In this document: positions 7,495 to 14,925 of the stretch, one piece after another
How the letters are laid out: each line of letters starts with the position of its first letter
Position numbering within the stretch: position 1 is the stretch's first letter
From: a virus
Taxonomy: Duplodnaviria > Caudoviricetes
DNA: 37,534 nt
Virus record (IMG/VR): IMGVR_UViG_3300016672_000182
Coordinates: 1 to 37,534 of that record
Direction: 5' to 3' (one strand)
The notes under the pieces: model-generated
What the model was told of the DNA's origin: nothing
The model's database searches: none
The model's input: the letters and a program-made list of their open reading frames with translations, nothing else
Program-made: the position numbers and the translations under genes

Positions 7495-7928
7495 TACAGG
7501 TGGTCTTTCAGATTCAGCCCCAGCAGCTTGGCGCTGCGCTCGAGGGAGGTCAGCTCGGCCGGTTCGATCTCGCCGTCGGCCTCGGCCACGGTGAGCATCA
7601 CGTTGAGTACGGTCAGCGCTTCGGCCGGAGAGTGGGCCAGGTCGCCCAGCTCTTTCTCGGCGTTCTGCCGCAGGATGCGAGCCCCTGACTTGAAGTCGGT
7701 TTTGGCGCGGTCGATGGTGTTGGAAAGCTCCGCGCCGAAGCCCTGGAGCGCCGGGTTATTGCTGAGGATGGTTTCGATCTTCGACAGCTCGCTCTCTTCC
7801 AGGTCGCCGTCGGCGGCCGCGACGTAGATCGAGCCATACACCACCGCTTCCATCAGGTCGCGTTTTGCCAGCTTGGCTACCGCCGCACGGGCCTGGCCGG
7901 ATTTCTTGCCGAACAATTTTCCTAACAT
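7494..7928 (-). CDS. TerB-family (tellurite-resistance TerB-like) protein
   Basis: Duplicated VAAADGDLEESE and VAEADGEIEPAE motifs; ATG at 7928 with AAAGGA RBS. Confidence 0.85.
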   Translation of the reverse strand: MLGKLFGKKSGQARAAVAKLAKRDLMEAVVYGSIYVAAADGDLEESELSKIETILSNNPALQGFGAELSNTIDRAKTDFKSGARILRQNAEKELGDLAHSPAEALTVLNVMLTVAEADGEIEPAELTSLERSAKLLGLNLKDHL

Positions 7929-7951
7929 GGTTATTCCTTTGGGTTGTGTGG

Positions 7952-7992
7952 CATCCCGCTGCACCCTGTCTCCAAGGTGCAGAAGTGATGCT
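7952..7992 (-). repeat. Structured repeat, copy 2
   Basis: Same flanks as copy 1 with a different but still paired internal stem (GAGA tetraloop on the minus strand). Confidence 0.9.
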
Positions 7993-8023
7993 GTCCGTCC
8001 AATTGCCGCCGGAAGGGGCGGGG

Positions 8024-8148
8024 CGCATTGCATGCCGGGTCGTTCACACGGTTCTGGCGTTTCACCATCGGGCAGCCGTCCAGGTTGTTCCTGTCGTTGG
8101 CAGGCTTTCGGGCCTGTCTGCTCGCCGGTCGCCGGTAGAGGCAATGCG
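8024..8148 (-). ncRNA. Putative multibranch structured RNA in the pL leader
   Basis: Closing stem CGCATTGC/GCAATGCG with internal hairpins CAGGC/GCCTG, CAGG/CCTG, ACGG/CCGT and TGG/CCA. Confidence 0.5.
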
Positions 8149-8177
8149 GTCTGTTGGTGCTTCTGTGTTGCGCTGAC

Positions 8178-8189
8178 TGTTAAAGAGCA
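8178..8189 (-). promoter_or_regulatory. boxA antitermination element
   Basis: TGCTCTTTAACA on the minus strand, identical to the rrn boxA consensus; preceded by a hairpin at 8192-8207. Confidence 0.8.
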
Positions 8190-8232
8190 GTGGGTCTCTT
8201 GAGGCCCTGGCCGCCTGCTTGTGTTCAAGCTG

Positions 8233-8287
8233 CAAGTTGGCTTGCATTAATAAAAGCATGCTTGTGTTTTTAATGCAAGCAAGCTTG
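8233..8287. promoter_or_regulatory. oL: three repressor operators (pL region)
   Basis: CAAGTTGGCTTG 8233-8244, AAAGCATGCTTG 8253-8264, CAAGCAAGCTTG 8276-8287; same motif as oR. Confidence 0.85.
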
Positions 8288-8302
8288 TGTTGATTTTTTG
8301 TA

Positions 8303-8318
8303 CTGTATAGATATACAG
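8303..8318. promoter_or_regulatory. LexA (SOS) box
   Basis: CTGTATAGATATACAG fits CTGT-N8-ACAG with an AT-rich core, 21 bp upstream of ATG 8340. Confidence 0.88.
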
Positions 8319-8339
8319 CATCGGAAAAGGAGGTGTTTT

Positions 8340-8657
8340 ATGGCAAAGCAGGATAAGAAGAAGGAAGCGGGGCCCAAGCCAATGACGGGCATGGAGCGAT
8401 TGAATCTGCGCGTTTCGTCGATGATTAATCATCCGACGTCGCAACTGAACAGGCTGGTTACCATTCATCGCCTGGACACGGACGGGCAGATGGAATGGAG
8501 CGAGTTGCTATTGGTACTATCAGATACGGACGGTATCGAAATGACCATCGAGGATGGTGATGAGGCGATCACTCTGCGCTGGGAAGCCGCGAGCGACGAA
8601 GATCGACCGATAGAGGTTGATGATGTATCTGTGGCAGAGGATCCGGCTCCGTTCTAA
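8340..8657 (+). CDS. DUF1654-like protein, predicted SOS-regulated
   Basis: AAGGAGGT RBS; ERL.LRVSSMINHP...VTIHRLDTD motif. Confidence 0.75.
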   Translation: MAKQDKKKEAGPKPMTGMERLNLRVSSMINHPTSQLNRLVTIHRLDTDGQMEWSELLLVLSDTDGIEMTIEDGDEAITLRWEAASDEDRPIEVDDVSVAEDPAPF

Positions 8658-8664
8658 CGCTCAC

Positions 8665-8700
8665 AAAAAAGCCCGCTCGATTGGCGGGCTTTCTTATTTT
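8665..8700. terminator. Bidirectional intrinsic terminator
   Basis: A6-GCCCGC-loop-GCGGGC-TTTCTTATTTT between convergent genes. Confidence 0.85.
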
Positions 8701-8708
8701 GTATCAGG

Positions 8709-9560
8709 TCAGGCTTTTCGGGCATTCCAAATCAGCAAAACCTTCGCGTGGATTGTGACGTCGTCGATCCTGGCCTGCTGGTCCTTGTGCTTCTCATTGT
8801 CAGAGATCAGCCAAAAATGATCCTCGTCGGACATCTGAAGGCGCTTGATGTAGAGCAGACCGTGCCAGGTGATCACATAGATCCCATCACCGATGAACTC
8901 ATTCACCCCACGGTCAACAATGACAGGATCCTTGTCATTGATTGTGCCTTCCATGCTCTGACCCCAGCCAGTAATCACGGCTAGGGCATTCAAGGTGGTG
9001 AATGTCACACCCTTCTCTCGCAACACGTCCTCACGCACGATCAGGTTGCGGACCGTCTCGCTGTAATCCGGCGGTACCTGGCCATGGCCCATGGCGGCAC
9101 GGATGTCGTATTGAGGAATCAGGACCTCGTCGGCCCTGGCGCGCAGGCCTGAAAAATCCGCAGGGATGACATTGCCAGACTTTACTTCGTTGGCCGTTTC
9201 AGCAACGGCTTCTGCGATCTTCTGCTTTGCGGCATCAGACAGATTCTTCCCGTGCTTAGCCAGCATCTGCTGAACGAGGTCAGCAGATGACTTTCCAGAA
9301 CCCTCGGCAGATTGGGCTGGAGTCAAGCGACGCGGCGGCTCGCCTTTCCCACTCAGCAGCCAGTCGACTGTCGTGTCGTAGCCGTCGGCGATCGCCTTCA
9401 AATTCTCATTTTTTATGTTGCCTGTGTCACCAGCAAACCACTGGCGCACAGCCTCGTAGCTGACCCCGCAAGTGGTCGCTATGTCGCGCTTGAACCCGCG
9501 CGCGCCTACCTCTGGCTTACGAGCGCGGACGAGGGCAGTAATTCGATCAGTAATTTTCAT
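8709..9560 (-). CDS. cI: CI-like repressor (HTH + S24 peptidase domain)
   Basis: N-terminal HTH (GVSYEAVRQW...VDWLLSGKG); GQSM Ser and IKRL Lys; divergent from cro. Confidence 0.93.
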   Translation of the reverse strand: MKITDRITALVRARKPEVGARGFKRDIATTCGVSYEAVRQWFAGDTGNIKNENLKAIADGYDTTVDWLLSGKGEPPRRLTPAQSAEGSGKSSADLVQQMLAKHGKNLSDAAKQKIAEAVAETANEVKSGNVIPADFSGLRARADEVLIPQYDIRAAMGHGQVPPDYSETVRNLIVREDVLREKGVTFTTLNALAVITGWGQSMEGTINDKDPVIVDRGVNEFIGDGIYVITWHGLLYIKRLQMSDEDHFWLISDNEKHKDQQARIDDVTIHAKVLLIWNARKA

Positions 9561-9620
9561 GCGAGCAATCTACAAGTTAGCTTGGCAAGCATGCTTGCTT
9601 AGTAAACACAAGCATGCTTG
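9561..9620. promoter_or_regulatory. oR: three operators plus a PRM-like -10
   Basis: CAAGTTAGCTTG 9573-9584, CAAGCATGCTTG 9586-9597 and 9609-9620; minus-strand TAGATT at 9567-9572. Confidence 0.85.
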
Positions 9621-9648
9621 AATTGGCGCACATCACAAGGAGTCAGCC

Positions 9649-9828
9649 ATGAACCGTGCCGACGCTATCAATTATTTCAAAGGGATAGCTCCCTTGGCCA
9701 AAGCGCTCGGAATCACATACGAGGCGGTCCGGCAGTGGGGCGATGAAATTCCTCAGCTCCGCCAGTACCAGCTTGAGCTGGTGACCAACGGCCAGTTGAA
9801 GGCCGACAAAAAACAATCCGCTGCATAG
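9649..9828 (+). CDS. cro: Cro repressor (59 aa, not in the ORF track)
   Basis: MNRADAINYFKGIAPLAKALGITYEAVRQWGDEIPQLRQYQLELVTNGQLKAD...; AAGGAG RBS. Confidence 0.92.
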   Translation: MNRADAINYFKGIAPLAKALGITYEAVRQWGDEIPQLRQYQLELVTNGQLKADKKQSAA

Positions 9829-9911
9829 GTCGTCCCCGCCGTTGATCCGTAGGGCAAATGATCGTGCACACCGTGGCGAGCATCCACGGAAACAAAATCG
9901 AGGTTTTACGA

Positions 9912-10334
9912 ATGGACGAATTTCTGCGGGCCTGCCAAAGCGCGGTCCTCGACAACGAAGCGAAGGTACTGGCCGGCCAGATGGGTGTTCCTCACGTCAG
10001 CCTGCTGCAGCGCGCCAATCCCGACAACGATGCCCATCACCTGACCATCGAGCACTTGTTCGGGATCTTGCTGCACACCGATGACATGCGCCCGCTCGCA
10101 GCCCTGGCTGATCAGTTCGGTTTTGATCTGGTGAAAAAGGAAGCCCCGGCACCAATGGTGCTCACGGCTTCGATGATGCTCGTGGGCAAAGAAATCGCTG
10201 ACCTGACCCTGGCTGTCCATTGCGCGCTTGCTGACGGTCGGGTGACTCAAATCGAAAAGCAGGCAATCCGCAAAGAAATCCATCACGTGCGCCACGAACT
10301 CGACGTGATGGCGCAGTCGGTAAAGGTCGCCTGA
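9912..10334 (+). CDS. cII: CII-family phage regulatory protein
   Basis: LA..MG....L....NPD...HHLT and ALADGRVT..E motifs; follows cro. Confidence 0.75.
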   Translation: MDEFLRACQSAVLDNEAKVLAGQMGVPHVSLLQRANPDNDAHHLTIEHLFGILLHTDDMRPLAALADQFGFDLVKKEAPAPMVLTASMMLVGKEIADLTLAVHCALADGRVTQIEKQAIRKEIHHVRHELDVMAQSVKVA

Positions 10335-10345
10335 ATTACAGGCAT

Positions 10346-10370
10346 AAAAAAACCGCCTGGCAGGGCGGTT
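10346..10370 (-). terminator. Leftward terminator just downstream of cII
   Basis: Minus strand AACCGCC-loop-GGCGG followed by T7. Confidence 0.65.
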
Positions 10371-10397
10371 CGGTACAGCTTTAGAACGAGGTGAATA

Positions 10398-10622
10398 ATG
10401 ACCAACAACGCCCCCGCAGTCAATAGTTCTGGGGATGTCGCGACACTTTTCGGCCAGCCTGAAAAGGTGTCTAGACACCGCGCTACGAATCAATCCGCCG
10501 CTATGAGTGCCGCGCTCCTTATTAGTATCCAGTACTCGCCCGAATCCAAGTCTCAATTCCGCCGGGAATGCCTCGATCACTTAAAGGCCTCCCTGGCTCC
10601 TGCCCGGAACGTTTCCGCATGA
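10398..10622 (+). CDS. Hypothetical protein
   Basis: GAGGTG RBS; ATGA coupling to the initiator gene. Confidence 0.65.
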   Translation: MTNNAPAVNSSGDVATLFGQPEKVSRHRATNQSAAMSAALLISIQYSPESKSQFRRECLDHLKASLAPARNVSA

Positions 10623-11320
10623 GCACCATCATCATGAGCCTGTGCTGGCCACTGCAAGGCATGAGCGGCCCACAAAAAGCTGTCCTGATATCTCTAGCTG
10701 ACAATGCGAACGACGAGGGTGTTTGCTGGCCTTCGGTCGCCCGTATCTCTGAGCGTACTTGCCTCGCTGAAAGGACTGTTCAGGCCGCCATAAAGTGGCT
10801 TGGCCAGGTGGGCATTTTGTCTGTCCGGGAACGGATGGGGCGTTCGACGATTTATACCCTAACCCCCGCATCTTATGCACCCCCGCATGAGGCGCGCCCC
10901 GCAGCAGATGCACCACCACCCCCGCAGGAGAAGCACACCCCCCCCGCAGCAGCCGCACCCAGAACCGTAATAGAACCATCAAGTGAACCGTCACAGGATG
11001 GCAACCGCGTTCCGCGATCGCCGTCTTGCCCGGTTCAGGACATCGTTGATTTGTTCAACAAGCTGCTCACTCCATCGCTGCCCGCGGTTGTTCTCGTATC
11101 CGATACCCGCAAGAAACAACTCCGTGCCCGCTGGAACCAAAGTGAGGTTCACCAGTGCCTGGATTTCTGGGTTGAATACTTCGGCATCGTTGCCCAGTCG
11201 GACTTCTTGATGGGCCGCGCGACCGGAAAGCCTGGCTCCACTCCATTCCGTGCCACGTTCGATTTCTTGATCGCGCCGTCCAGTTTCGTCAAGGTTGTGG
11301 AGGGGAATTACAATGCGTGA
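10619..11320 (+). CDS. Replication initiator (N-terminal wHTH, lambda O analogue)
   Basis: KAVLISLADNANDEGVCWPSVARI..RT.L.ERTV; C-terminal FRATFDFLI...F.KV.EG.Y; upstream of dnaB. Confidence 0.85.
   Translation: MSTIIMSLCWPLQGMSGPQKAVLISLADNANDEGVCWPSVARISERTCLAERTVQAAIKWLGQVGILSVRERMGRSTIYTLTPASYAPPHEARPAADAPPPPQEKHTPPAAAAPRTVIEPSSEPSQDGNRVPRSPSCPVQDIVDLFNKLLTPSLPAVVLVSDTRKKQLRARWNQSEVHQCLDFWVEYFGIVAQSDFLMGRATGKPGSTPFRATFDFLIAPSSFVKVVEGNYNA
10864..10959 (+). repeat. Five iterons CCCCGCA-N5-NGC(A/G)C, putative origin
   Basis: CCCCGCA at 10864, 10881, 10897, 10920 and 10942 inside the Pro-rich linker of the initiator. Confidence 0.75.
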
Positions 11321-12680
11321 TCCCTACAGCCTGGAAGCCGAACACGGTGTGCTGGGGGCGATGTTCCTGCGCCCTGAGCTGATCGACATACTTGCCGCTG
11401 ACCTGGTGCCCGAGGACTTTTACTACGAGGACAACGCCGAGCTGTATCGCGGGATTTTGGCCTTGCACGGTGATGGTCATCCCGTCGATATCGTGACGGT
11501 CGGGGTTTATGTGGGTGATCTGCCTGGTGGTGCGAGTTCGTTTGCCTACGCCGCAGAAATTGCCCGCAATACGCCAAGCGTTGCAAACGCCGCTTCCTAC
11601 GCCGGAACGGTTCGTGAGCGCAGCCTGGATAGGTCGATCATCGAACTGAGCGTGCGGATCAACGACATCGCCTACGGTGACCAGCCAGCGGCTGACAAGG
11701 TTGCAGCGGTACAGGCTGAGTCCCACGCCATTGACAGCCAATCGGCGACATCCGAAGTGGTCAAGGCTGAGGACTTTCTCAACGACTACATCGAGGTGCT
11801 GCAGGCTCGGGCTGATCGTGGTGACGAAATTGACGGCCTGTCCACGGGCATTCCTGATTTGGACGAGAAGCTGCAAGGGCTCAAGCCTGGCCAACTGATC
11901 GTGATTGCTGGCCGTCCGGCCATGGGCAAAACCACACTCGCCATGAATATCGCGTCTCACGCGGCTATCCGTGATGGCAAAAGCGTGATGGCGTTCAGTC
12001 TGGAAATGGATAACACGGGCCTGATGGATCGCTTCATGGCGTCCGAAGGGCGAGTGCCATTACAACTGATCAAAAATGGCAAAGCCCCTAACACCCACGG
12101 CGCCGAGCTGATGAGTGCCGCCGGCAAGCTCAAGAAGTCGAACCTGTTCCTGTCGGATCGCGCGTCGATGTCAATGAATCGACTGCGCTCGGCCGCTCGC
12201 CGCCATAAGCGTCGGTATGGCTTGGACCTCATTGTCATCGACTACCTGCAATTGGTTGAGTCCGACTCGCGCACGTCTAGTCGTGAGCAGGAAGTCAGCC
12301 ACATGACACGCACCGCGAAGCTCATGGCCCGCGAGCTGGGCGTTCCAGTGATCCTGCTCAGCCAGCTCTCCCGTAAATGCGAAGAGCGCCCGAACAAGCG
12401 CCCGCTGTGTTCTGACCTGCGCGAATCCGGCGCCATTGAGCAGGACGCGGACATCATTTTGTTTGTGTACCGCGACGAGGTCTACCACGAGCATTCCGAA
12501 GCCAAAGGCATTGCCGAAATCATTATCGGCAAGGGCCGTGATATTGCCGGCGGCACCGTGCGTGCCGCTTTCCACGGTCAGTACAGCCGATTCGAACAGC
12601 TCGCAGCGGGCTGGGTTGAGCCGACTAAACCCGAAAAGGTCAGCAGTCTGGCCGGTCGTTACACAAAGGGAAAAAACTGA
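11313..12680 (+). CDS. dnaB: Replicative DNA helicase DnaB
   Basis: AGRPAMGKT Walker A, FSLEM, IDYLQL, LSQLSR, DLRESGAIEQDAD. Confidence 0.96.
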   Translation: MRDPYSLEAEHGVLGAMFLRPELIDILAADLVPEDFYYEDNAELYRGILALHGDGHPVDIVTVGVYVGDLPGGASSFAYAAEIARNTPSVANAASYAGTVRERSLDRSIIELSVRINDIAYGDQPAADKVAAVQAESHAIDSQSATSEVVKAEDFLNDYIEVLQARADRGDEIDGLSTGIPDLDEKLQGLKPGQLIVIAGRPAMGKTTLAMNIASHAAIRDGKSVMAFSLEMDNTGLMDRFMASEGRVPLQLIKNGKAPNTHGAELMSAAGKLKKSNLFLSDRASMSMNRLRSAARRHKRRYGLDLIVIDYLQLVESDSRTSSREQEVSHMTRTAKLMARELGVPVILLSQLSRKCEERPNKRPLCSDLRESGAIEQDADIILFVYRDEVYHEHSEAKGIAEIIIGKGRDIAGGTVRAAFHGQYSRFEQLAAGWVEPTKPEKVSSLAGRYTKGKN

Positions 12681-12889
12681 TGGCATTGATTCGCCTGGCC
12701 GTTCCGGTTCCGGCCAATTACCGCTATGCGGTGCATTGCTGCGGCTTCAAGTTGGACATGGACGTTCTGCCTGACCATGCCGTGGCTTTGTTCGCTGATG
12801 AGGCCATGGCCAAGCGCTACGGCGATTGGATGTGGCCATCGACTTTTGAGGTCGTTGACCTACTTGCCCGAAAGGAGGGCAACGTTTGA
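12680..12889 (+). CDS. Hypothetical protein
   Basis: Overlaps the dnaB stop and the next start. Confidence 0.65.
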   Translation: MALIRLAVPVPANYRYAVHCCGFKLDMDVLPDHAVALFADEAMAKRYGDWMWPSTFEVVDLLARKEGNV

Positions 12890-14181
12890 ATATCCAAATC
12901 AAAACCCTGACAGTAAAACTGTCGGATGCCGAGATTGTGCGCAACGCCAAGCTCAAGCATGTGCGTGACCTGCGTGATGCCGGCCACCCTGCATTGCACT
13001 TTCGTTTCGCCAAAAATCGTACGCGTGGCTCTTGGTACTTGCTCAATAAGCGCCACTGGCACCGCATCGGAGCCTATCCAGACCTCAACACCAAGCAGGT
13101 GATCGCAGCGTTGCCGTCGGTGCGCCTGCGCGTGGCGGCTGATGGAGCGGCCAGCGTGTCGGGCTGGCTGACCGTCGGCGAGCTGCTCGACTGGTTTGGC
13201 GACCGCATGGCCAAGTCGCGGGCGCTGTCCGATAAACGCCGCGCGGCCATCAAGTCTGCGCTCAGCTGCCAGCTAAAGCCGCGGCTGAATGATTTGTTGC
13301 TTCGCGATGTAAACGCCCAGGCCCTCGATCAGTTGCTGATGTGGCCGGTGCAGGCTGAGCTGTCGCTGTCGTATGTTCAGCAGCTGTTTCGTCTGCTGGC
13401 GATGGCCTTTCGTCAGGCGCGCAAGCTGGATCTGATCCCGGTTAACCCGATGGCCGAGCTGAAGTTCAGCAACTTCACCTCGGCGCGTATTCAGCCCAAG
13501 CCCGCCCGGCTGCGCGATGTGCAGGTGCCCGAGTTGGTGACGCTGCTGGCTGAGCGCTTCGACAGCGCGCCAGGTGACGCCATGCTGGCCTTAATGATGC
13601 TGTGCCACGGAACCCGGATCGGCGAAACCCGCCAGGCGCGGTGGGCTGACGTTGCATTGCCTGAGCGTGAGTGGTTCCTGCCGGCGGAACACACCAAGAG
13701 CAAGACCGAGCTGCGCGTGCCGCTGACTGATCAAGTGTGCGCACTGCTGCGCCGTTACCGTGACCGCCAGACCGCCCAGGGCTACACAGGGGCTTTTCTG
13801 TTCCCGTCACGCCGTGGCAAGCCGCTGAGTGATAACCAAGCCAGTGCCGTGTTCACTCGGTTGGGGCAGGGCGCCTGGACCAGTCACGATCTGCGCAAGG
13901 TCGCCCGCACCGCCTGGACTGACCTCGGCGTCGACGGCCACATCGGCGAGATGTTGCTGAATCACTCCCTGGGCAAGATCGCTTCCACCTACATCAACAC
14001 TCAGGCCAAAGAGCAGCGCCGCCTGGCGTTGGTGAAGTGGCACAACTGGTTAGATGCGCGTGGCTTCAAGGCGATTCACGCGCAGACAGGCGTTAGATAT
14101 GAAGATTCGCAAAATCTCGTAGACGCCTTGAACGGCGGGGCCTGCGAGCCAGAACCACAATTTGTTAAGGGCGAGGTTTAA
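12886..14181 (+). CDS. Second tyrosine recombinase (P4-like integrase with arm-binding domain)
   Basis: IGAYPDL N-terminal motif; GTRIGE, HTK, HDLR, LLNH, STY; AGGAGG RBS before TTG. Confidence 0.9.
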   Translation: MNIQIKTLTVKLSDAEIVRNAKLKHVRDLRDAGHPALHFRFAKNRTRGSWYLLNKRHWHRIGAYPDLNTKQVIAALPSVRLRVAADGAASVSGWLTVGELLDWFGDRMAKSRALSDKRRAAIKSALSCQLKPRLNDLLLRDVNAQALDQLLMWPVQAELSLSYVQQLFRLLAMAFRQARKLDLIPVNPMAELKFSNFTSARIQPKPARLRDVQVPELVTLLAERFDSAPGDAMLALMMLCHGTRIGETRQARWADVALPEREWFLPAEHTKSKTELRVPLTDQVCALLRRYRDRQTAQGYTGAFLFPSRRGKPLSDNQASAVFTRLGQGAWTSHDLRKVARTAWTDLGVDGHIGEMLLNHSLGKIASTYINTQAKEQRRLALVKWHNWLDARGFKAIHAQTGVRYEDSQNLVDALNGGACEPEPQFVKGEV

Positions 14182-14183
14182 AA

Positions 14184-14501
14184 ATGATGAAAAAGCAGCA
14201 TGGCCCCGCCTTCCGCCGGGAATTGAAGTTCATCGTTGAGTGCAGCGTTTGCCGAGGCACCGGCATTTACACGGGCGTCTTTCATCAGATGACCTGCGAG
14301 AACTGCCACGCCTCGGGCTGGGTGTGCGGCAGAACCCTTGCCAGGTTGCCCCTCATCGATGTCGTGCAGGTTCTCAACGCCAGGCTGCGGGAAGCGCTGG
14401 GTGAGATTGCCAAGGCAAACCGTGCTGCTGGTGGTGCGCACCAGCAATACGAACAGAACAACCGCCGTGGCCCAGGTGCCACCAACTTCACAGGAGATTG
14501 A
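14184..14501 (+). CDS. Hypothetical zinc-finger protein
   Basis: CSVCRGTG and CENCHASG (DnaJ-like CxxCxGxG pattern). Confidence 0.7.
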   Translation: MMKKQHGPAFRRELKFIVECSVCRGTGIYTGVFHQMTCENCHASGWVCGRTLARLPLIDVVQVLNARLREALGEIAKANRAAGGAHQQYEQNNRRGPGATNFTGD

Positions 14502-14504
14502 GCC

Positions 14505-14858
14505 ATGGCCTTCACACCGAGCTTTAAAGAACGCACCGCCGAAGATCTGCTTGAGCATTGGGGCCGCTGGGTTGTCCTGGGGTCTGGTGTGTCCTGCTGT
14601 GCCTCCCGCGAGAACACTATCCTGTCGCCTATGATCACCGACGACGACGCACTGATGATCGATGGGTTGATGGGGCGTCTGCTGAAGCGGTACCCAGAAT
14701 GCGGCCAGGTGTTGATGAAGTACTACACCAGTCGCGATACCTCGCTGATGGAGGTCGGCAAGAAAATGAAGTTCGGCGAAGAGAAGACGCGCGGGCTTTG
14801 GAAGGCCGGTATAGCCTGGATTGACGGGGCTTTAGATGTTCGTCGTCAGGCGGCTTGA
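14505..14858 (+). CDS. Q: Antiterminator Q family protein
   Basis: LLEHWGRW, ITDDDAL.ID, AGIAWIDGAL; last early gene before the late promoter. Confidence 0.85.
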   Translation: MAFTPSFKERTAEDLLEHWGRWVVLGSGVSCCASRENTILSPMITDDDALMIDGLMGRLLKRYPECGQVLMKYYTSRDTSLMEVGKKMKFGEEKTRGLWKAGIAWIDGALDVRRQAA

Positions 14859-14925
14859 GTTTATCTATAGGTTACGCAGGCGCCGCAGCATCAGCATCAC
14901 TGTTCGGCGCTTGGCAGTCAGATTG

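Noticed and set aside
7455-7992. Structured repeats as a CRISPR array or solitary type I-F repeat
   Set aside because: Only two copies about 460 bp apart; CTGCC/GGCAG resembles the I-F stem in one copy only, loop and flanks do not match; no cas genes.
7929-8228. 100-aa N-terminal extension of the TerB ORF
   Set aside because: Spans boxA and structured leader; TerB-like sequence starts at ATG 7928.
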